A DNA stretch of 64,000 nucleotides from an uncultured Verrucomicrobiota bacterium (GTDB lineage: Bacteria > Verrucomicrobiota > Verrucomicrobiia > Verrucomicrobiales > Akkermansiaceae), in assembly GCA_929200745.1 (NCBI GenBank), contig CAKNAS010000009.1, forward strand, positions 12,256-76,255, read 5' to 3'. Every line of letters begins with the position of its first letter. Position 1 is the first letter of the stretch. Position numbers and translations under genes: made by a program. Below, piece by piece: positions 26,948 to 34,683 of this stretch. Below the pieces are notes generated by a model that saw nothing but the letters and a program-made list of their open reading frames with translations, was not told the origin of the DNA and searched no databases.

Positions 26948-29935
26948 CTAACTTAGATTGGTGATCCACGCACAGCCATAAGGTGGTAATTTAAGATGGG
27001 TGTCATGGTTGCTGTATGACTTATCACTGAGTAAATCGCTCCAGCGCTCTGTCGTTATGAGATTGAGTTCAACAAGCGGAATCTGTTGGGGTGTATCAGA
27101 AATATTATGGATGGCAAAAATAGACTGTGAGCGGTCTAGGCTTTCGCGCCAGAATGCAAATATATGATCACCAAAATGGAGTGTGTATTGAGTTGCATTT
27201 GGGTGGAAGGCAGCCTGTCTTTTGCGGATGCTGATAATGCGACGTAATTCATCAAATAGTTTCCGGTGATGTAGATCATCATCATTAAGTATTTCTTCAA
27301 GGTGTGGGTGATCCCACTTATAGCGATTGATGGTGCGCGCCTGCCCTGATTCAGCCATGCCCTGCAGATCGTTTTCAGTTCCTAAAAGACTGTGGATGTA
27401 AAATGCTGGTAGACCCTCGAGTGCGAGCATGATTGTGTGGGCTGTAATGAAGCGATTCAGCTGCCACTGGTCTTTTCCATTATCAATGGTGCCCGCCATG
27501 GCACTGTAGAGTGAGATGTTGGCCTCGTATGGTTTGAGGCCGCCGTCGGGCATTCGGCGCATCGATATTTCACCGCCAAAATCACGAATAGTCGAGAGTA
27601 GGCTGTCATGCTCTTTTTTTGATAGCAGCCCTTCGGCTGGACGCAGACCTATACCGTCGTGGGAGGCTATAAAATTGAGGTAAGCGCGGCCCCTACGAGC
27701 TGGGGGCATTGACATCATCCATTTTTTGAGGTGCTGGCAGTTACCGCTAAGCATTGTATGAAGCAGCAGGGGAGGGAGTGAGAAATTGTAAATTAAATGA
27801 GCTTCATTGCCATTGCCAAAATATGATAGGTTTTCTTTATTGGGAACATTAGTCTCAGTGATGATAATTGCTGCAGGCTCTAACTGCTCAATGATTAGGC
27901 GAAGTAAGCGAATGAGCTCATGGGTTTCCGGTCTATGAACGCAATTGGTTCCATCCTCTTTCCATAGAAATGCAACGGCATCGAGCCGGAAGATGTGAAT
28001 GCCTTTATCGAGGTATAGCTGGATGATGCTTATAATTTCGAGGAGTACATCTGGGTTTGCAAAATTGAGATCGACTTGGTCTTCGCCAAATGTGCACCAG
28101 ACTTCTTTTTCGCCGTTGCTGGTTTGTACGGTGGTAAGCAGTGGTGTGCTTCGGGGTCTAACAACCTTTTTGAGATCCTTGAAATTTGACCCCTCTACAA
28201 AATAATCTTTTCCTGGTGAGGTGTTGGATAAGAAATTTTTAAACCAAGCTGATTCACGTGAGCAATGGTTGATTACTAGGTCGGCCATGATATTAAAATG
28301 TTTTGTGAATCGCTCAATGTCATGCCAGTCGCCATGCTCTTGATTAACTGTAGTGTAATCAATAACTGAGAAACCATCATCCGAGCTGAATGGATTAAAT
28401 GGTAGAATGTGTATGTTGTTAATCTGCTGTTTGAGATTGCCGTGGAAAAAATTATAAAGTGTGAGTAACGGAGGTTCGTTTTCTTTTTTAATCGAGTCAG
28501 CATAGGTAATCGCCATGATATCTTGTTCGTCCCACTTATTGGATATGCATGTTGACCCGATAATTTTTTTTGCCAGAGGTATTGCTTTGAAGATTTGTTG
28601 GGTGATTTCAGCGGTATGTGATTCTCCGTAGATGTTGCGAACGCGTTCTTCGACTCCTTGTTGTACTTGTGCGACTTTGGTGTGTTGCATCAAGTCATAA
28701 CTTGCATCTTTTCCATATTCGAGCCGGTCAGCCTCGACTGCGTCCAGAAGCATATCCATGATGTTGGGTTCTGCGGCCAAGACTCTTTTCCAGCTGGGCA
28801 TGAATGGTGTGTCCATCGATGAGTCTGGGTCCAAGAAGTCGTTTCCAGCTTGCATGATATTTTCTGCAAAAACCTCTATGGCATGTCCCTCGGAATGCAT
28901 GTCATAAGCTAAACCATTGATTGTAGCATCGCTGTGATAGCTATCGACCAAATCAAGAGCGATCCTGAAATAGGTTGCTTTGATCGTACGGATTCTCTCC
29001 TTAGTGAAAACCTCTCCTTGAGTAGCCATCTTGCGATAGAGCGATTTTGCAATATCACAGCTCATTTTTGATAGCCCCTTAGTTTTGTCGTCGAGAGACA
29101 AGTCCTGATGTTTGTGATCATAGGTATCAGCAACATCAACTTGGCAAATTTGATTGGTTGCATAGTTGCGTTGCATCTCGGATAACGTGCCCATTTCCAA
29201 TCCCCAATCAGATGGAATACGGATATCCTCGATAACATCGCGCGATAATGAAAATTCGCCAGCCAGCGGGTAGCGGAAGCTGTCTAGAAAATCGAGATAG
29301 TCATTAGGGCCACATACTTTTTTTAGAGCTCGCAAGAGTGGAGTGACCAGTAGTCTGCAAGCGCGACCATTCATCGAGTTGTTTGCTATGCGTGCGTAGT
29401 ATCCTTTACAGAATTTATAACTGAGTGCGGGGTTTGCCACGGGGTAAATCAGGCGAGCTAAGAGATCACGGTTATAGGTCAGAATATCGCAGTCGTGGAT
29501 GGCGACGGTGTCCGCTTTTCCTGATGCCAAAATGTAACCAAACATATACCAAACATTACGGCCTTTTCCGGCTTCAAGTGGTGCGAGGCCTTTTTTGTGG
29601 AGTAACTGATCGATTTCTCTGAGGCGTGGCCCGTCGTTCCAAAGGATGTCTGGTTTTTGTGGTAAACGGTCAAAAAACTGGAGTGCTTTTTTGAATTGTT
29701 TTTCGTTGGCACGATCAAGCCCAACGACGATTTGATCTAGGTAGCAGACGTTTGATAATTCATCTACGATTGAACTTAATGCTGGTCCCTCTAGCTCAGA
29801 ATATAGTGACGGGAGAATGAGTCCCATCGGTGTGGTATTACTTATTTCAATTAGCTCTTCTTCGAGTTGCTCTAGTGGTCTTTGGTTGAGTTGATGAAGA
29901 GTTGTGACGACGCCGAATTGATGAAAATCTCCCAT
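26948..29935 (-). CDS. fusion protein: N-terminal GpgS/MpgS-like glycosyl-3-phosphoglycerate synthase domain plus a C-terminal GH13_18 sucrose-phosphorylase-like (glucosylglycerate phosphorylase family) domain
   Basis: aa 1-~400: FHQFGVVTTLHQL N-terminus, DxD AIHDCDI, RYPLAGEF. aa ~468-995 are collinear with sucrose phosphorylases: IMAITYADS, IHILPFNPFSSDDGFSVIDY, MADLVINH, IFRLDAVAFLWKE (nucleophile Asp), IIITETNVP (acid/base Glu), NFIASHDGIGL. Confidence 0.75.
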   Translation of the reverse strand: MGDFHQFGVVTTLHQLNQRPLEQLEEELIEISNTTPMGLILPSLYSELEGPALSSIVDELSNVCYLDQIVVGLDRANEKQFKKALQFFDRLPQKPDILWNDGPRLREIDQLLHKKGLAPLEAGKGRNVWYMFGYILASGKADTVAIHDCDILTYNRDLLARLIYPVANPALSYKFCKGYYARIANNSMNGRACRLLVTPLLRALKKVCGPNDYLDFLDSFRYPLAGEFSLSRDVIEDIRIPSDWGLEMGTLSEMQRNYATNQICQVDVADTYDHKHQDLSLDDKTKGLSKMSCDIAKSLYRKMATQGEVFTKERIRTIKATYFRIALDLVDSYHSDATINGLAYDMHSEGHAIEVFAENIMQAGNDFLDPDSSMDTPFMPSWKRVLAAEPNIMDMLLDAVEADRLEYGKDASYDLMQHTKVAQVQQGVEERVRNIYGESHTAEITQQIFKAIPLAKKIIGSTCISNKWDEQDIMAITYADSIKKENEPPLLTLYNFFHGNLKQQINNIHILPFNPFSSDDGFSVIDYTTVNQEHGDWHDIERFTKHFNIMADLVINHCSRESAWFKNFLSNTSPGKDYFVEGSNFKDLKKVVRPRSTPLLTTVQTSNGEKEVWCTFGEDQVDLNFANPDVLLEIISIIQLYLDKGIHIFRLDAVAFLWKEDGTNCVHRPETHELIRLLRLIIEQLEPAAIIITETNVPNKENLSYFGNGNEAHLIYNFSLPPLLLHTMLSGNCQHLKKWMMSMPPARRGRAYLNFIASHDGIGLRPAEGLLSKKEHDSLLSTIRDFGGEISMRRMPDGGLKPYEANISLYSAMAGTIDNGKDQWQLNRFITAHTIMLALEGLPAFYIHSLLGTENDLQGMAESGQARTINRYKWDHPHLEEILNDDDLHHRKLFDELRRIISIRKRQAAFHPNATQYTLHFGDHIFAFWRESLDRSQSIFAIHNISDTPQQIPLVELNLITTERWSDLLSDKSYSNHDTHLKLPPYGCAWITNLS

Positions 29936-29949
29936 GGTGATAGATGATG

Positions 29950-30786
29950 TTAGTGATTTAGTTTATGAATTAAGGTGATGAGGGCATCATTCCATCCTCT
30001 TGATGATGGATGCTTCGCGTGAATAACTTGTGGGGCCTTAACCTCGATTTTGAACCCATCTGAGTGTGGTATGACGATGGCTATATCGGCAGACTCAAGC
30101 ATCGACTGATCGTTTGCGCTATCGCCAACTGCGACTGTTGTCCATGGTGATATTGGGAATTGTGCTTTGTAGAGTTCGCGTGTGATCATGAATCCATCTG
30201 CCTTATCGGCTCTCCCCATCAGGTGGATGAATTTACCTCCGCGTAGCGTCCGAATTCCTTTAGCCTCGAGCTGTGTAGAAAATTTTTCCCATTGTGTTTC
30301 AGAATCGTGCCATAATATGGGTTCTGATACGTGTCGCTGCACAGCCATTAGGGCATCGGTATGATTTAATCCTGTTTTTTCTGATAACTCTGAAACGGAC
30401 CAATCGTTAAAGCCCTCAAAGGCATAACCGTGTCTTGCGCGTGCTGTATGGGCTTGTTCAAGAATATATTCTCGAGATAAACCTGTTGTTAAAGTTTTGT
30501 AATCAGTCCTGTGTTCCCATGCTTGCTGTTTCGATGGCTTGCAAAATGCCGATAATTGCGAGCCATGTGGAACGGCGACAATGCCTCCGTTTTCAGCAAT
30601 TAGTGGTGTGTTTAGCTTTAGCTCCTTTGCAATTGATTCTAATTCAGCAAGAGTTTTGCTTGAGTTTAAAACTAAAAAGAAGCCTAGGTTTTTAATTTTT
30701 TCAAGTGCTTCCAGAGCTTCTGTGAATTGATAATTCTTATCGATGAGGCTGGCATCAAGGTCAGTAACGATAAGTAGTTTTTTCAT
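29950..30786 (-). CDS. HAD-IIB phosphatase of the mannosyl-/glucosyl-3-phosphoglycerate phosphatase (YedP/MpgP/GpgP) type
   Basis: Motif I LIVTDLDASLID, SSKT, KADG, and motif IV VGDSANDQSML. Length 278 aa. It ends 14 nt upstream of the fusion gene on the same strand. Confidence 0.75.
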   Translation of the reverse strand: MKKLLIVTDLDASLIDKNYQFTEALEALEKIKNLGFFLVLNSSKTLAELESIAKELKLNTPLIAENGGIVAVPHGSQLSAFCKPSKQQAWEHRTDYKTLTTGLSREYILEQAHTARARHGYAFEGFNDWSVSELSEKTGLNHTDALMAVQRHVSEPILWHDSETQWEKFSTQLEAKGIRTLRGGKFIHLMGRADKADGFMITRELYKAQFPISPWTTVAVGDSANDQSMLESADIAIVIPHSDGFKIEVKAPQVIHAKHPSSRGWNDALITLIHKLNH

Positions 30787-30946
30787 GGGTGGTAGTTGCT
30801 TGCCTCAATGTCGCATGATTAATACATTTGAGTGGATCAGTGGGTGGTAAAGCTACCTAGCAAGCACAATGCCATGACGCTAAATTTCTCATTATGGTTA
30901 TTTATTGTGTAATGATCACGCATCGACATTTCAGCAAATTCAGTGA

Positions 30947-33415
30947 ATGCTCATCGGCATGTCCATTACTGAGCATCATACAGAGCTGCTATCTCCTGCG
31001 GGAAATTGGGATTGCGCGCGTGCAGCGGTAGCGAATGGTGCGGATGCTATCTTTTTTGGTCTACCGAAATTCAATGCGCGGATACGTGCGGACAACTTCA
31101 CTGAGGCCGATCTGCCTGAGCTGATGGTTTTTTTGCATAAACATGGCGTGCGTGGATTTGTTACCATGAACACGCTAATCTTTACGGGGGAGCTGCAGGA
31201 GGCTGAGGCGCAGTTGCGGTTATTGGAGGAATGTGGAGTTGATGCTATTATCGTGCAGGATCTTGGGCTGGCGCGGTTGTGCAGGCATGTCGCACCATCG
31301 ATAGAAATCCATGCGTCCACGCAGATGACGATTACTTCGCCGGAGGGGTTACAGTTTGCGGATCAGCTTTATCAGCTCGATCGAGCAGTGCTTGCACGCG
31401 AGTTGTCACTTAAGGAGATCAAAAAATTCAATCCCGCCGAGTGTGCGCCGTTAGAAGTCTTTGTCCATGGTGCCTTATGCGTTGCTTACTCAGGTCAGTG
31501 CCTAACAAGCGAAAGCCTTGGTCAGCGCTCAGCGAATCGAGGTGAGTGCGCGCAGGCTTGCCGGATGCCTTACAAGTTGGTCGTTGATGGTGAAGAGCGA
31601 GATATGAAGGATGTGCGTTATTTGCTCAGTCCACAGGATCTTGCGGCGGTGGATATCATTCCTGAACTCGTGGAGCAGGGGGTTGTATCTTACAAAATCG
31701 AAGGTCGACTGAAGTCGCCTGAATACGTTGCAGCGATTACCAATGTCTATCGTAAGGCGATCGATGCTGCAGTTGCGAAGAAAGATAGTCCGATCACGGA
31801 GGATGATCGCTACGCTATGGAGATGACATTTTCTCGAGGGCTCTCTACGGGTTGGTTTGAAGGAACTAATCATCCACGACTTACTCACGGGAAATTTGGC
31901 AAAAAACGTGGGGTCTATATTGGTGAGGTGACTGGCAGTGAACGTGGTTGGGTAGATGTGCGACTTGCGACACGTATGCCGGTGAAGGCAGGCGACGGGA
32001 TCGTTTTTGATGCTGGTGAGGATAGGAATGAAGAACAAGGCGCACGCATATGGAAGGTCGCGGGCGAGCGCTTGCTCTTTCATAATAAGCACAGTGGGCT
32101 CGACTGGAAACGTATCAAACCTGGTCAAACGATCTGGAAGACTGATGATCCCAAACTGAATAGCTCACTGACTGCGAGTTGGAAAAATGCAAAACTAGAG
32201 CCGGTTCGGCAATCGCTCAAAATCTCGGTGAGCGGGAGGGCAGGAGAGCCGATGGTGCTGAGAAGTCTTGGGGTTTTCATAAAGTCAGAGGAGGTATTGG
32301 AAATGGCTGATATGCGTCCACTGACGACAGATTTTTTGGCAAAGCAGCTAGGTAGGCTTGGTGGAACAGCTTGGCAATTGGGAGAGCTTGAGAATCAGCT
32401 TGAGGGAGATGTAATGTTACCGGTGTCTGCTATTAACCGCTTGAGACGATCTTTGGTTAAGGCGCTCGATCAGGAGGTGAAATCGAAACCAATAGATCTA
32501 AAGCGCGCCAAGATAGCATGTCCCACCAGCGCAGAGCTTATGCCTGAGCGGCAAACTGATGAATCTCACAAACGTGAATTATCTGTTTTATGCCGGAGTA
32601 TGGAGCAGATTGAGTCGGCCTTAGAAGCTGGCGTTTCTGAAATTTATGTAGATTTCGAGGATATACGTCGTGGTAAAGATGGTGTGGCACTTGTTCGAAG
32701 CCAGAAGGGGGCACGTATTCACCTTGCCACACCGAGGATTCAGAAGTCAGGTGAGGCAGGGTTTTTTAAAGTTGTCGAGCGTGCTGAGCCTGATGGGGTG
32801 TTGATCCGTAACCTTGGAGGTGTTGCTCATTTTAAGGATCGGGACGATATTTATAAAACAGGTGACTTCTCATTGAACTGCGCAAACCCACTGACGGCAA
32901 AAATTCTCCGTGAGGAGGGAGGTTTGGATCATCTTCTGGTTTCTTATGATTTAAACATTCAGCAGGTAATGGATCTATTGCTGGCTGCGCCGACTGATTG
33001 GTTTGAGCTTACACTGCACCAGCACATGCCGATGTTTCATATGGAGCATTGCGTTTTCTGTACCTTCATGAGCGAAGGTACAAGTATTCGAGACTGCGGA
33101 AAACCCTGCGAAAAACATCACGTGCAGCTCAGGGACCGTGTCGGGCAGCTGCACACGCTTAAAGCAGATGTGGGATGTAGGAACACATTATTTAATGGGA
33201 AAGCGCAGACGGGTGCCCGCTTCTATCAACAGCTTCGTGGCACAGGGCTGAGAAGGTTCAGGATTGATTTTCTCGACGAGGATAAGCTATCTGCAATGCA
33301 GATCATCAATGCTTATCAGGAGTTGCTCAGCGGAGCTACGACAGGGCACCATCTCTGGCAAGATCTTGATGTGATGGAAAAACTTGGTGTCACGGAAGGC
33401 ACTCTGGCTCACTGA
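30947..33415 (+). CDS. U32-family protein (collagenase-like 'peptidase U32'; the family of the O2-independent Fe-S hydroxylases RlhA/TrhP/UbiU) with a long C-terminal extension (DUF3656-like)
   Basis: ELLSPAGNWDCARAAVANGADAIFFG N-terminus. A conserved Cys cluster HGALCVAYSGQCLTSESLGQRSANRGECAQACR, and EGRLKSPEYV. Length 822 aa. An alternative start lies at 30959. Confidence 0.8.
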   Translation: MLIGMSITEHHTELLSPAGNWDCARAAVANGADAIFFGLPKFNARIRADNFTEADLPELMVFLHKHGVRGFVTMNTLIFTGELQEAEAQLRLLEECGVDAIIVQDLGLARLCRHVAPSIEIHASTQMTITSPEGLQFADQLYQLDRAVLARELSLKEIKKFNPAECAPLEVFVHGALCVAYSGQCLTSESLGQRSANRGECAQACRMPYKLVVDGEERDMKDVRYLLSPQDLAAVDIIPELVEQGVVSYKIEGRLKSPEYVAAITNVYRKAIDAAVAKKDSPITEDDRYAMEMTFSRGLSTGWFEGTNHPRLTHGKFGKKRGVYIGEVTGSERGWVDVRLATRMPVKAGDGIVFDAGEDRNEEQGARIWKVAGERLLFHNKHSGLDWKRIKPGQTIWKTDDPKLNSSLTASWKNAKLEPVRQSLKISVSGRAGEPMVLRSLGVFIKSEEVLEMADMRPLTTDFLAKQLGRLGGTAWQLGELENQLEGDVMLPVSAINRLRRSLVKALDQEVKSKPIDLKRAKIACPTSAELMPERQTDESHKRELSVLCRSMEQIESALEAGVSEIYVDFEDIRRGKDGVALVRSQKGARIHLATPRIQKSGEAGFFKVVERAEPDGVLIRNLGGVAHFKDRDDIYKTGDFSLNCANPLTAKILREEGGLDHLLVSYDLNIQQVMDLLLAAPTDWFELTLHQHMPMFHMEHCVFCTFMSEGTSIRDCGKPCEKHHVQLRDRVGQLHTLKADVGCRNTLFNGKAQTGARFYQQLRGTGLRRFRIDFLDEDKLSAMQIINAYQELLSGATTGHHLWQDLDVMEKLGVTEGTLAH

Positions 33416-33571
33416 TCTAGTCGGGAACCCCAGTTTGCATCATTGATTCAACTCATGATCTGGATGGTGATTTCCGTATCGATGATGATTCGATAGGAGC
33501 TCATATAATAGTAACTAAATAGAGATTTATTTATTTCTGAATAAATCCAAAAATACCCTCGTCTCAGATGC

Positions 33572-33838
33572 ATGGAACGCAAAAAACATAGATCTCTAAG
33601 GCTTACGGTCATGGCGATTGTCGCAGCTCTCGGGCTCTCAAATTGCTCTACCACGTATGATGCCTACGGGCGCCCAGTGGAGACCGTAGATTCTGGTGCC
33701 GTGGTACTCGGTGCTGTGGTGCTTGGTCTTGCAGCCTATGCTATTGGGAAAAACAACCGCTCTAGTAAATATGATTATGATTACGATGACTGTGGACGCC
33801 GGCATCACAGAAGCCATCGACGGCACGGTTGTCACTAG
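33572..33838 (+). CDS. small putative lipoprotein with a Gly-zipper-like hydrophobic segment and an Arg/His/Cys-rich tail
   Basis: LTVMAIVAALGLSNC lipobox, GAVVLGAVVLGLAAYAIG, and the tail YDYDYDDCGRRHHRSHRRHGCH. Confidence 0.45.
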   Translation: MERKKHRSLRLTVMAIVAALGLSNCSTTYDAYGRPVETVDSGAVVLGAVVLGLAAYAIGKNNRSSKYDYDYDDCGRRHHRSHRRHGCH

Positions 33839-33929
33839 GTCGGCGCAGACCCCGGAAATGGCCGTGATTTATGGATCTACAAAAAAAATCCTCGCCTGCG
33901 GCGGCGCTATCACGTAACGATTCTTACAC

Positions 33930-34664
33930 GTGGAAGCTGCAGAATACAAAGTCAGGCTGGATATTTTTGAAGGCCCGCTGGATCTACTCCTATACCTGAT
34001 CAAGAAAGATGAGGTGGATATCCATAATATTTCGATTGAGCGCATCACGAAACAGTATCTCGATTACATTGATACGTTTAAGATGCTAAACATCGATCTT
34101 GCGTCTGAGTTTATCGTGATGGCGGCAAACTTAATGTATATTAAGAGCCGTACATTACTTCCGAAGTCGGTGATGCCACCGGAAGAAGATATTGAGGAAG
34201 ATGACCCGCGCTGGGAGCTTATACGGCAGCTGATTGAGTATAAAAAATTTAAAGATGCTGCTGGTTTTCTATCTCGAAAAGAGACCGAGCAGGAGGATTA
34301 TTTTGCCCTTGCCGCTGAAAAAGTGGCACCTCCAGTGGATGAAGGCGAGCCGCTTCCTGACGTTAATATTTTTGATCTAATCCGAGCGTTTCAGAACGTG
34401 CTTAAGCGTTTTGAGGAGTCGGAGGATCTTGGGGACATTGTCGATGACCGCTACACGGTTGCTGACAAGATTGAGTATATGCTGGTTCACCTCGAGCCAG
34501 GTCGCAGTGTGCGATTTTCCTCATTGTTTGAGCAGGCTACCTCAAAGGGTGAGGTGATTGTGACATTCCTTGCGGTGTTGGAACTGATGAAAATGAACCA
34601 GTTTCGTATTCGTCAGGACGATATTTTAGGCGAAATCGAGGTGGAGCGTAAGCCATCGACGTAG
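33930..34664 (+). CDS. scpA: segregation and condensation protein A
   Basis: GTG start. LDIFEGPLDLLLYLIKKDEVDIHNISIERITKQYLDYI is the canonical ScpA N-terminus. Length 244 aa. Confidence 0.9.
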   Translation: MEAAEYKVRLDIFEGPLDLLLYLIKKDEVDIHNISIERITKQYLDYIDTFKMLNIDLASEFIVMAANLMYIKSRTLLPKSVMPPEEDIEEDDPRWELIRQLIEYKKFKDAAGFLSRKETEQEDYFALAAEKVAPPVDEGEPLPDVNIFDLIRAFQNVLKRFEESEDLGDIVDDRYTVADKIEYMLVHLEPGRSVRFSSLFEQATSKGEVIVTFLAVLELMKMNQFRIRQDDILGEIEVERKPST

Positions 34665-34683
34665 GTTACATGTCATTATCTTA

